A DNA stretch of 64,000 nucleotides from Octopus bimaculoides (lineage: Eukaryota), in NCBI RefSeq assembly GCF_001194135.2, contig NC_069004.1, positions 14,033,583-14,097,582 of the forward strand, written 5' to 3'. Below are positions 11,960-24,400 of the stretch, in pieces. Position numbers and translations under genes: made by a program. The stretch's first letter is position 1; the number at the start of each line of letters is the position of its first letter. The notes under the pieces were generated by a model. It saw only the letters and a program-made list of their open reading frames with translations. It had not been told where the DNA came from and searched no databases.

Positions 11960-12533
11960 AACAAGGCTAGTGTGAGTGCTCATTTGGCCAGTAAGCATTT
12001 ATGATAGTATTGGCTCTTACTCTGAGTGGAACATTGGGCCTACCACCTCACCAGCCACCATGTAGAGTATGCCTGCCGTTCCTGCCACAAACACGCACCC
12101 TATTCTGACGACCAACCTGCACTGCACTGCACCATGCACATTTATCAGTGGCTGTACATTTTATACAGCAACAGAATCATCAAGCTCATCGCTATGACTT
12201 TCTGGGTCTAAATCATCGTCAGATTCACTCTCAAGATCAGCATCATTGCCAAAATCATCATTGTCAATAGCCTCTACATCAGATGACAACACTTGGTTCA
12301 AGACATCACTCACAGACAGGTTTCTTTGACTCATTTTCATGAAAAACTAGTGGGAGCAGCTTCAATCATCGGGAAGTACACCCTTTGATAGTGTACGTAC
12401 AGACCAATGACCAGATGCAACAATGTCGCTAATTGATGAGTGATATGTTTGTAAACAGTACAATGTTGCAACCGGAATAGCAGCTGCTGTGGCTGGTGGC
12501 TGGAATAGTCACTGCTGGAGTTCTGAGGGTTAA
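11960..12533 (-). mobile_element. piggyBac-like element 5' end with decayed acidic transposase N-terminus
   Basis: Terminus reads TTAA-CCCTCAG on the minus strand at about 12533. A short ORF from about 12339 (MKMSQRNLSVSDVLNQVLSSDVEAIDNDDFGNDADLESESDDDLDPESHSDELDD) and a following Gly/Arg-rich stretch are typical of piggyBac transposase N-termini. No catalytic domain seen. Confidence 0.55.
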
Positions 12534-15171
12534 CCACTAAGCCACACATCAATAAAATATTTACCAGTTGAGCACTAGAGTGGATGTAATCGATTCCCTG
12601 CTCCCTTCAAAATTACTAGCTTTGATCCAAAATTAGAAAGAAATATTACATTTAAGTGTTATTACATTCATAAGTTCCTCTCTTAATCTCTTTTATTTTA
12701 TATCAGTAACTTTTCCACTGACCACTTTCAACATGACACCAAAGCAGAGCAATATAGGTTTTAACACATTGTTTCTGAACAAAATTTTTTTACGACGAAA
12801 TATTGTTCGGAAACAAAAACCTAGAAACTTCTCCCTCTCTCTGTCTTTAGTCCCTCATTATTTTTGGCTGGCTCAAAATTTGATTGCCAGTTTCACACCT
12901 AAAGACTTCTCAGAAATATCTAGTAGGTACTAAGATACAATTTTATGATATTTGACACGCTTAGACACATAAATCAGTAGCTCTCATGTCACAACAGAAG
13001 CCTATCTCCAATTCATATTCGTTTGAACATAAATGCAAAGCAAGACATGAAGAAGTCAATATATTGGCTTCAAATTTTGGCACAAGGCCAGCAATTTCTG
13101 GAGAATGTGGTAAGTTGATTACATCAACCCCAGTACTCAACTGGTACTTATTTTATACATCTTGAAATGATGAAAGGTAAAGTCAACCTCAGTGGAATTT
13201 GAACTCAGAATGTAAAGATGAACTAAATGTTGTAAAGTATTTTGCCGGGTGTGCTAACAATTTTGCCAGTGTGCTGCCTTAAAGAAGAAGAGAATATACT
13301 GATAGCGACGAGTTGTTTGAACATTGTTCTTTTATTCTTTTACTTGTTTCAGTCATTTGACTGCGGCCATGCTAGAGCATTGCTTTAAAGGGTTTTTTTA
13401 ATTGAAGAAATCGACCCCAGGACTTATTCTTTGTAAACGAAGTACTTATTTTATCGATGTCTTTTGCCAAACTGCTAAGTTACGGGGACATAAACACACC
13501 AACATCGGTTGTCAAGCAATGCTGGGGAGGGGGGTAAAACATAGACACATACACATAAATATATATATGGGCTTCTTTCAGTTTCTGCCTACCAAATCCA
13601 CTTTCAAAGCTTTGGTTGACCCGAGGCTATAGTAGAAGACACTTGACAAAGGTGTCATGCAGTAGGACTGAATCTGGAACCATGTGGTTGGGAAGTACAA
13701 TTCTTACCACACAGTCATGCCTGGATGCATTGGCGAACGCATTCATATTCATCATCATCACTACCACCACCACCACCATCATTGTTTTAATGCCCTCTTT
13801 TTCATGCTTGCATGGGTTAGATGGAATTTGTTGAGGCAGATTTTCTATAGTTCAATGCTCTTCCTACCTCCAACTCTTACCAGTTTCCATGAAGGGTAAC
13901 ATCTCCCCTTGGCTGGACATGTTTTTCATGGAAGATAGGAAATGAACAACATGGCATGCATTACGGTGATGCTCATTTATAGCCATCACACAATCTCAAG
14001 GCAAGGATACACACATGGGCTTCTTTCAGTTTCCATCTACCAAACCTACTCACCCAAGGTGCCATGTAGTGGAGCTAAACTCAAGACCACATGGTTAGGA
14101 AGTAAACCTAGCTACATCTGCACCTTGCAGGATATATTTTTTCTGGTTCTTTGTACTCTGAGTTGAAATCCTGCCAAGTTAATTTTGTCTTTCATCCTTT
14201 CAAGTTCAAAGTACTAGTCCAGTACTATGGAGGTGATTGCTAATATATTTTCTCTTTCTCTCATTTTAGAGGAAATCAGTTTGTTCAGATTTGGAGAGGG
14301 ATGGACATATGAGGTCCCAAGAAGGAGGAAACTAATGGTGTTAGCTATGATATTGGATTTGACTTGATATCAAGAGTGAGCACTAAGATTAGTTGTCATA
14401 CTTTCTTATATGGAGAGAGATGTATTAGAAAAATTAATTATTGAGATTGAATTACTTGAAGTAAACACTGAAGACTTAATTGTTAATCAAATCATGTAGG
14501 ATTGTCTTCGTATTCTATAAATAATCTCACAGTCAATATTTATGATCAGAAATGTAACATATGTTACAGTATTGTTGGAAATATTTTAAGATATTGATTT
14601 CAGAATGTTCTTATTTTACAAGTTGATATGTTGGATGTTATCAAACATCAGCAAGAATGATCCTTCTGTTTGATTAAAATAAATGAATAAATAAATAAAT
14701 AAATAATTAATAAAACCCCCATCAGTAATTTCAACTGAACAAAGAACTTGATGTATTGGAACAGGTTACTTATGGTTGGATATATTTATTTTCCTTTATC
14801 CTCAGCAACAATTTTCTAAAGACAGATTTCAAAGTGTGTCTAATTCCAATATGTGCATCTCTGATCTTGAGCAGGTGTAGTGGGGAAGCATCATAGCCAT
14901 GTGTTCAGAGGGATTCTTTGGGGTTTGAATAAATATTGCAACAAAAGCAAAGTTTAAAGGAAATATGAGTCATTTTTCATACTTTCGAGGAGTAAATGAA
15001 CAGGAAATAATAGTTACTACCCAAGGACAAAAACTGTTACACAGTGTTATCAAAGCAAATTCAACAAGAATTCAATGTCTTCATGTGATAAAATAGATAT
15101 TTTGAAATTATTTTGATATCATTTCATTTTCTTACCATTACTCTAAAAAGGATGGGACAATACTTTACACA

Positions 15172-15342
15172 CAAGTGTGGTCGTGTGGTAAGAAGCTTGC
15201 TTCTCAACCACATGGTTCTGGATTCAGTCCCACTGCATGGCAACTTGGGCAAGTGTCTTTTACTATAGTCTCAGGCAGATCAAAGCCTTATGAGTGAATT
15301 TGGTGGACAGAAACTGAAAGAAGCCCATTGTGAATGTGTGTG

Positions 15343-15386
<44 letters not shown>

Positions 15387-15590
15387 GTGTGTCTTTGTAT
15401 CTGTTTTTGTCTCCCACCTCCACTACTCAACAAGTGTTGGTGTGTTTACATCCCTGTAACTTAGCAGCTTGATAAAAGAGACTGATAAAACAAGTACAAG
15501 GCTTTGAAAAATAAGTACTGGGATTGATTCTTCAAAATAGTGCCCCAGCATGGCTGCAGCCTAATGACTGCAACAAATAAAAGTAAAAAC
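15172..15590 (+). mobile_element. tRNA-derived SINE family B with an internal (TA)n/(TG)n microsatellite (representative copy)
   Basis: Head gtggctgtgtggtaagaagcttgcttc...ggttcagtccc, then a CORE-like ccttgggcaagtgtctt box, the internal microsatellite and the tail cagcatggctgcagtc..atgactgaaacaagtaaaaga. Other copies at about 13330(-), 24120(+), 26180(+), 40370(+), 43925(-), 44870-45985(-), 49650(-), 51990(-), 52650(+), 56040(+) and 57445(+). Confidence 0.85.
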
Positions 15591-15769
15591 AAGGCTAGTT
15601 CACTCCAGATTTTCTACTAAGAAGTGTCTACTTCGGGACTGGTCCACATACAGCACTAATTTGCATACACACCAGCCAACTGCTTCATCAACATTTGTAG
15701 GCTTACATGGCATTTCACAGTTTGGTGTTCCAATGTAGCAGAACCTACATCAGATCCACTGCCTGCAAT

Positions 15770-16630
15770 ATCGTCGTCATCGTGGCACTCCGTCAGTTAC
15801 AATGAGGGTTCCAGTTGATCTGAACAACGGAACAGCCTGCTCATAAAATTGATGTGAAAGTGGCTGAGCAGTCCACAGACACGTGTACTCTTAATGTAGT
15901 TCTTGGGGAGATTCAGCATGACACAGATTGTGACAAGGCTGACCCTTTGAATTACAGGTACAACAGAAACAGGAAGTAAGAGTGAGAGAAAGTTGTGGTG
16001 GAAGAGTACAGCAGGGTTCGCCACCACCCACTGCTGGAGCCTCGAGGAGATTTTATTTTCGCTCAATAAACACTCACAACAACCGATCTGGGAATCAAAA
16101 CCGCGATCTTATGACCGTGAGTCCGCTGCCCTAACCACTGGGCCATTGCACCTCCACCTGCAATATGCACATTCATGTTAAAGAAAATGTCCACGCAAAT
16201 ACTTGATCTATTAAAAAATATCTAGAGAAATGTTGAACCCCTAAGATATCATGGTCACTGTTATCTTCACTGAATGGAACATCAGAAATTTGAAGAGAAA
16301 CATGGCTATTTTCATTCATACACTTAGTTGGTATAGAATGTAGCTTATGATTGTAAAATTGTGAGTTTGATTCCCGGTGGTGTGTTGTATCCTTCAGCAA
16401 GACACTTTATTTCATGTTGCTCCAGTCCACTTAGCTAGCAAAACTGAGTAGGACCTGTAATTCAAAGGGCCAGCTCTGTTACATTCTGCCATGCAGTATC
16501 TTCGGAGAACTACATTAAGTGTATGTGTGTGTGTGTGTGTGCTCAGCTACTTGCACATTAATTACACGAGCAGACTGTTCTGTTGATTGGATCAACTGGA
16601 ACCCACATTGTTGTAACTGATGGAGTGCCA
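15770..16630. mobile_element. Inverted, head-to-head pair of SINE C-related copies (15770-16157 minus; about 16322-16630 plus)
   Basis: The 3' halves are reverse-complementary (tggcactccgtcagttac...ggttccagttgatc versus gatcaactggaaccc...gtaactgatggagtgcca). Confidence 0.75.
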
Positions 16631-17173
16631 ATTTTTTTTTTAATACACTTACAACAGATGCAAACTGCACGAATTTGATTGGCTATTATACACACCGCAG
16701 CCAATAACCATTCTAATTTTGCTTTGTTGTGGATACACACAGAAATTTCCTTGTAAAGAATCTGTGCATCTATGTAAGTAACCACCATTCAAATGCTATA
16801 TCATCTCCCTAAACAAATGCATGCCATTTATAAGTGTATATTATTTAAATTTTATATAATGAAATTATGTAATTAATTTCTGCAGTTAAAAAAAAAAATT
16901 TCAATTTCATCTTCACAATGTTGTGTCTGCATAATTTTTCTTTTGTGCACCAATTGTAAAGCCTATGCATTTATGCGAGTACACACTTAAAAGAAACATT
17001 GACCACAGTCCCTCTCATACATATCTGTGAAGAGACATTACCTAGTCACTGTCCTCTATTTTTTCCTGATAAAAGTGTTTTAATCCCAAAATATTGAAAT
17101 ATAAGTCAAAGTGTAAACTTATTTTGTTTTTCTTTGCTTGTTTTCCAATTTGTATTAGACTTATGCTTCTTAA

Positions 17174-17400
17174 CCCTTTAGCATTTAGCATTTAAACTGA
17201 CCATATTCAGCCCAAATATTCTACCTGTTTTATGTTCAAACCAGCTAGATCTGGCTTCTCACACATATCTTACAATGTCAGTCTAAATACATACACTCAT
17301 TTCTTCAAAATCTCAAAGCTATGAGATAAAGTATAATTACGTCAAGGCAATGTAAGTAATTAAGTATTACATTTGGTAAAATAATTTGAACACTAAAGGG
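17174..17400 (-). mobile_element. piggyBac-type MITE, same family, opposite orientation
   Basis: TTAA|CCCTTTAGCATTT...TTTGAACACTAAAGGG|CTAA. The interior is the reverse complement of 5171-5387. Confidence 0.7.
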
Positions 17401-20097
17401 CTAAAACGATTTCAATACTTTCATCTTTGTTAAATTTAATTTCATTCCTCCTGTCTTAAGTTATCCTTATTAAACAATTTCATGGGTTTTATCAGAAAAA
17501 TTTAAAGAACTTAATTGCTGGAAAAATAAATTATAAATGAACTAAATAATAAAAAAATTGACAATATAGCCTTCCTTTCTAGAACTTGAACAATTTTACT
17601 GGAAATAGTTTCATCCCAAATATTATATATGTTATAAATTGTTCTGATATGATTACTTCATCATTATGAGACAATAAGGGGAATTCTTTATGGTTGCTCA
17701 AACAGCTCAGTGTAGCAGTAGCTGCAATACCAAAATGAAGACTACATTCTAAGAGAACTTAGAATAATAACAAATGGGTTGGTCATGGCAAGAAACATTA
17801 TTTAAATATTCTAATGAGTAAGTTACATCTGTGTCACTAACAGAAACGATATGGGTAATGCAGTAACACTCTGGCCAAAGCAAAACACATGGAACTCAAA
17901 GAACTTCACATGGTGTTTGTGTGTGCCATCGTCTTAATTTTACATTCACTTTACATGCTGGCATGCTTTGGATGGGTTTGCACAGTTCAAGTTCTTATTT
18001 GGAGTTACTGCCATCCTAGACGGGTAGGAAAACCACATCTTGCTCAAACATTCTATTTTTTGGAATGGTTTCTATAGTTAGATACCCTTCCTAATATCAA
18101 TCAATTTACAGAGTGACACCAGAATAAAACAATCCTAAAAACTTCTCTTGACCCAATGTTTTATCTGTTTATTTGCAAACCATTTTACAGAGTGTACTGG
18201 GTGCATTTTATCATGACACCGACACAAGTTAGGTTGCTTTGTATCTCACAAGACAAAAGGATCATCATCACTCTATGTTGATTCTGTTCATTCAGAGCAT
18301 TGTAATTGACAAAGTAGAAATAAGAGAAGATGAAGCAGGGTAAGAGGGAGAAAGAAGTGAGAGCACGAAGAGGGAAATTGAATGAGTCAGGAAGAAATAG
18401 GAGAGACACTGTTAGGTGGAGTAATGGAAGAGAGACAGTATGTGTGTATGTGTGATTAAAGTAAAAACTTGTGCATATGTGCATAGTGACTGAAACACAA
18501 CAAATAAACTTAACATGCCAGCAAAGTTTAAATACTCTAAATGATGAATATACTGTAACACAACCATTACTAAACAGTTTAAACATGCTACAGTATCATA
18601 AAGAAATAACATATTGGAAAATATTTGTAAAAGCCATTCAGTAGAACTAATTCTGTGGTATTTACAAGTAAATAATGCTCTGAAAAATTCATGAGTTGTC
18701 AGGTCACCATTAAAGACTTCATGTAATACATGAAAAGTAAAAGTTAGCCTTCCCTGATGCATGTGGCACAAGTTGACCTCGATCAGACAATTTAAGACAA
18801 CACCTGTCAATTACACAGTTTCCCCACTGTTTGCTGCAGTGAACTATATCTCTCTCTATGTTACTTATTGACTGCTGCACAAGAGAAATCGTGACAAATT
18901 GTTCACAAACTGTTATCTGAAGCTTTAGTTTTTTGGGGTTTTTTTTTATTAGCAAAATGAAATAAAAAAAAGCCCACTTCCATTGATATCCAATTATAAA
19001 TTACTGTAAGAAATCAATGGAAAATGATTGCAGTCAGAAAATATTTGTATAAAAGGTTAGTAAGAAATTAAGATTTAGTACCAGGAAACCGTAGTGTTGT
19101 TCTCTTCGCTGCTTTAATGAATAGATAATAGAAGGAGACTGTGCTTTCAGTATGATTGAGTTTAATGATTCTAAGTGTTCCATGGTTTCATTAGTAAAAT
19201 CTGGCAAGCTACCAGATAGAGCGAGCAAGACAGAGATAAATTGTTTAATCAATTTATGAGATTTCTTGAGGAGAATAGCTGGATAAAATTCAGTTTTGGT
19301 TTGAAGCTACAATATTGATTTCTTTCTCTGGAATGAAGAGGAAACAAGTGGAAAAACCGATGTAGTTTACCATAGTAAGTTACTGTTACTTAGTAAAACA
19401 GACATCAGAGAGGACATCGCTGTAGGCATTCAAGAGTCATGTGGTGGTCTTAAACTGTATGACAGCTTAAGTGTTTGGGTACCAACCCGCCTAAAACCGT
19501 TCCTGGTTTTGACAAGAAGAGACATTTGGGACAGAAAGTCACTGAAGAGTTCACAAAATGTGTGATGAAAGAACTTTGACAAACTAAGAATAATAATACT
19601 GAAACTAAAATGAAGATCAAGTACGTTGTGCATATGTTTAATTGACAAAAGGTGACCATCTCCAAATACAACGACAAAATTAAAAGCTTCCACCTAAATT
19701 TAATATTAATTTATGTTTCAAACACAACATTCATAATGACAAAGCTATTTTACTAAACTTCTAATTATTTTCCAAATTATTTAGAATAAAGGCAGTGTTT
19801 TTAAACAGAAATATGACAAAAAATTGTTAAATATGGCATGCAAAAAGATCAAGTAAAGCTCCCTCTGATCTCTATGGTTTTCATCTCCAAATTCCACATG
19901 CAAGGATTTGGTTTGTCTGAAACTATGCATAATGAGACACTGGTCCAAAAATGTGTGTGGTATCACATGGTTGTGAAGCAAATTTCAGAACCACACAGCT
20001 ATACTTGTGGCAACACACTATTAATTATCTGATTGTCTACTAGCTGAATTAATTCAAATAGCATTCTTTGAAGAAATAATGATATTATTATTATCAT

Positions 20098-20152
<55 letters not shown>

Positions 20153-20974
20153 TTCTACAATAGACACAAAGCCTGAAATTTTGGGGGAGGGGTCAAGTCA
20201 ATTACATTGATCCCAGTGCTCGACTGGTACTTCTTATTTTATGGACTCCAAAATGCAGGAGTTTTAATTGCAAGTCTGTCAACACAATGCAACACAGACT
20301 AAAAAAAAAAAAAAACTATATGTGTATGTATAATACATAAAGTTATTTTTTGGGTTGTTAGTGTGTAAGTATTTCTTTATGTATTTGTGTATGTCTTTCA
20401 ACATATAGACAATGCAACACAAACTTTAAAAAGAGTTTCACTATAATGATAGGGTGATTGCTGAGAGAAACATACAGTGACAGAAAGAATGTGTGAAAAT
20501 AGAATTAAAAGTGATTTCAAGAAAAAAACAAAACAAAACAAGTTGATGTTGAGCATATCGACATGATCATTGTAGTAGGGTTCTGCTGAAGGATCTATTT
20601 CTTCTTGACTAAATTGTTATCCGGTAGCATAGTGACAGGTATGAGTAGTAATAATGATTTATAATTCATAGATAAGATCCAGATATTTTCTATATAGAAT
20701 GTACGTAGTAGAGCTCAAGAGATTTAAACTTGAGCAGGTATAGAGGTAAATATAGGGATAAGCAAATTAGACAGATCAATATATAAAGTATATCAAATAC
20801 ATGAAATACAAAAAATGTATATATGTATACAGATAAAAAGGTCCAACTTGCAGAGAGTACAAATGAAATAGAGAATTAAAGGGGTGAAGGAAAAGAATTA
20901 CAAATTCATATATTACTGTAGTTATACAGACTTAAACTACCACCATCACTGAATGCTTTCCCAATTACACCAAT

Positions 20975-21372
20975 TTTCATACTTCTTTGATTGTTGGCAC
21001 TCAGTCGCTTATGACGTCAAGGGTTCCAGTTGATCCAATCAACGGAACAGCCTGCTCGTGAAATTAACGTGCAAATGGCTGAGCACTCCACAGACATGTG
21101 TACCCTTAATATAGTTCTCGGGGATATTCAGCGTGACACAGTGTGACAAGGCTGACCCTTTGAATTACAGGCACAACAGAAACAGGAAGTAAGAGTGAGA
21201 GAAAGTTGTGGTGAAAGAGTACAGCAGGGTTTGCCACCATCCCCTGCCGGAGCCTCGTGGAGCTTTAGATGTTTCGCTAAATAAACACTCGCAACGCCCG
21301 GTCTGGGAATCGAAACCGTGATCCTATGACCGTGAGCCCACTGCCCTAACCACTGGGCCATTGCACCTCCAC
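20975..21372 (-). mobile_element. tRNA-derived SINE family C, well preserved
   Basis: Head gtggaggtgcaatggcccagtggttagggcag...gtttcgattccc has A and B boxes. Nearly colinear with 15770-16157. Confidence 0.85.
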
Positions 21373-21409
21373 ACTTCTTTGATAGTAATATATTAAAAGG
21401 CAAACTTAC

Positions 21410-21473
21410 CCTACTGGGGTCTATGGGATTGTCTTCAAGGTGCACAACTGGGCCTGGATGGGTTTTTCGTGAC
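21410..21473 (-). CDS. STXBP5: Tomosyn coding exon, 64 nt, phase 2-0
   Basis: Acceptor tctcatttgcag, then G TCA CGA AAA ACC CAT CCA GGC CCA GTT GTG CAC CTT GAA GAC AAT CCC ATA GAC CCC AGT AGG, then gtaagt. The first G completes TTG (Leu) with the upstream exon. Peptide SRKTHPGPVVHLEDNPIDPSR matches tomosyn SSKSHPGPVVHISDNPMDEGK. Confidence 0.94.
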
Positions 21474-24400
21474 CTGCAAATGAGACAAATGTGTACAGTG
21501 TGTCATTAAAGTAATTTTAAACACAAACAATTTCATACATAGAAATAGAATATCGTGACCAGATTGCAGAGGTACGATGTAGCAAAAGTGACAGAGTATC
21601 AGGGAGTGGCTTCTAGATGTTTCTAAAAATGACTCACTAATGTTTCTAGAATTAAAGAGAGGAGGGATGTGTCAAAAGTAAAGGTCCTACCATGTCCCAA
21701 CCCACCTATTATGTCCCCCTGCTCCATACTATAATCAGTGGATTTTATGCTAATATTGGCCTAATAAGCCAACTCAGGATCCATAATGCAACCCACCTGA
21801 GACTGTCCTTGGTTCTACAACACAAACTTACTGTTCTAAAGTGATCTAAATTATAACCTTCTATCAAAATTTTGTTAATTCATTCCAGACATCAGCTTAA
21901 TAATAAGAAAGTTATTTTACTAATTTCTTAAATATTCAAAAATTAATTGAAACGAAGGCAAAGTATCTCAACAGAAATATGGTAACAAAATGGTAAATGT
22001 TCCACTTTGGCATTGTAAGAAGGGTTGGATAGGTATGTACAGTTGTACATACCCTATATCTTGGTTGAGCCTAATACTAGGTGCTTGTTTTTAACTATCT
22101 CATTCCATATCTTCCTAAAATATATATTAAATGCACAAATCACATTTTTCTTTCCTAACATAAAGCTGATTTGATAATACAGGCACCCATATTCATTCTG
22201 AGATTAAGCTATAAATCATTTTAAATGATGACAACAGCAATGCTATTGTTAAGCAGGAATAGTTCAAGATTGAAATAAATTGGTTTGCTATCAAAGAATG
22301 ATATTTGCTGAAGATGCCAAGAAGATTCAGAGAGAGAGAAAGAGAGGGGGGGAGAGATAGAGAGGGGGGGGGAGAGATAGAGAGGGGGGGGGAGAGATAG
22401 AGAGGGGAAAGAGAGTTAGAGAGAGAGAGAGAGAAGAGAAAATAGTTTCCTAGGATCCAACTGTTTGCTTTATAGTTAAGTAGTTAAGAGATTGAATATT
22501 GACTATACAATATCAACAATTCAAACACAGCCGCCATAGACATCAGCACATTGCACTGCACCCTTCCACTGTGACACATATAACCTGATTCCACAGTAGT
22601 GCAAGTTGAAACCCAATCACAGACATTGCATTGTGTCCTATCAACAAGATACATTTTACTGATCTGAGTGAGAGGTTCAAATACATAACCGCATCATTCA
22701 AACATGAAAAGAAAGAGAGAAAAAATATGGTTCAAAATAATTCAACTGTGAAGCATTTACGGGAACATACATTTAATTTTTCTTCTTTCTCTTTTTATTT
22801 CTTCTTTCTAGTTTTCATGTTTATATTTTTAGTTTACTCTTTCATGTTTGGGTGGTTGTTGCTGTTATTACCTTCTCCACTCTCTCATGGTTTACTAGCT
22901 TTATACACAAATGTTTAAACTAATCCGATAAATAAAATACAAGTCAGTAGAACAAGGAAAGAAAAGAAAGTTAAAATTTAAGGAAACCAGAGACGGCTTT
23001 GTGTTAGCATAAAATAAAATAAAAAAAAAAAAATCCTAGAATTTTATCAAGAATTTATCTCTTCTTATGGCATATGAACAAATTTTATGAACACAGAAAG
23101 GTAGCTGAGAAAAGAAAGTCAAAACCTAAGGAAACAACAGTTTAAATTGACTAGAAGAGAAAAGTTTAGGTGAAGCATGAGTAACTGTAACAACAGTATC
23201 AGAAGCTCTGAGAGGACTTACTGGTTGGTGAAGTGGGGAAGTGGTTTTTATACAAATGGTTATTGAAGTACTGTAGATAGAACTAACGATAATATGATGA
23301 GAGCCAAAGAATGAAGGGAAAACATTTAAAAAGATATATTGATAATAACAGACTTCTTGGTATGTAATATATATAAAAAAAGGCACTACAAACAGAATGT
23401 TAAAGTTTATTGTGGTATGATATATAAAGTGAACCCAAAGATGTTTATATAGAAATGTATAATCTGTTGAATGTAGAACAAAAAGGCTGGGTGTTAAAGA
23501 TAGCCAACAAATAGATGAAGGAGAAACAAGAGTATTGATTAAATGCAGACGGCAAAAAGAAGATGCAATGATGCATGATGGGACAAAGAGAACGGTGAGC
23601 TAGTGTTGTCAGGAACTCATGATGGCAAGTATTTTCAGAGTCTGAACTCGTTATCTTTAGGCTTTCTTTGGTAATTGTTTTTATTCTATTGTTATATTTC
23701 GGGATGGTCGTTTTTTTTTTTTTTTTTCCAAATACACACACACGTTATATATTCATTCTTCACTCATTTATTATTGTTCTATGATGTTAGAAGGACAGAA
23801 TGGACGAGGTAGAGCAGGAGGATACACGTGGAGGGAAAAGATCGCTGAGGAGGTCACATGTGTGTGACGAAAGATTTCCAGACAATGGACATATGAACAC
23901 TAATAAACAAGTGAAGAATGAATATATAGTGCGTGTGTTTATTTGGCAGGAAAGGGAAAAAAAATGACCATTCCAAAATATAACAATATCTATTTCAACA
24001 CATGCTTTCACATCAGGAATCTAGCAAAACAAATTCATGTTTTTATTCTATTTTCTTACTTTTATTCCCCATGCAAAAAAAAAAGAAGAAAATAGAAAGA
24101 CATTTCTTTTAATTTCATCACTGTGTGGTAAGAAGCCTGGTTCCTAACCACAATGGTTTTGTGCTCAGTATCACTCAGGCAAGAATCTTTTGAGCTGACC
24201 AAACAAAGTCTTATAAGAGGATTTGGTAGACAGAAACTGAAAGAAGCCAATTATATATGCATACATGCATGCATAATACTTAATTCATTAAAATTATTAG
24301 CACATTAAATTAGTTAGCCTCATTTTTGATATTTTCAGTCTCATTAATTGTAATAATACCTCTATCATAACTATAATAATACTTTTATTGTAAGTTTTCA

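Larger units (their letters stand above)
8324..21409 (-). other. STXBP5: Tomosyn intron, 13,086 nt (GT-AG)
   Basis: Lies between two exons that join in frame and are consecutive in the known protein. Contains one assembly gap. Confidence 0.88.

Noticed and set aside
21290-21372. tRNA gene
   Set aside because: It is the tRNA-like head of SINE C. It continues into the SINE body and does not form a full cloverleaf.
23845-23880. CUGAGGA-G-GUCAC/GUGAC-GAAA hammerhead-like core
   Set aside because: Stem II is good, but I could not form stem I, stem III or a NUH site. Not counted.
23120-23900. Possible RTE remnant (DFLVCNIYKKR; LEGQNGRGRA)
   Set aside because: Only short, weak motif resemblance with many stops. 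Not supportable as a feature.
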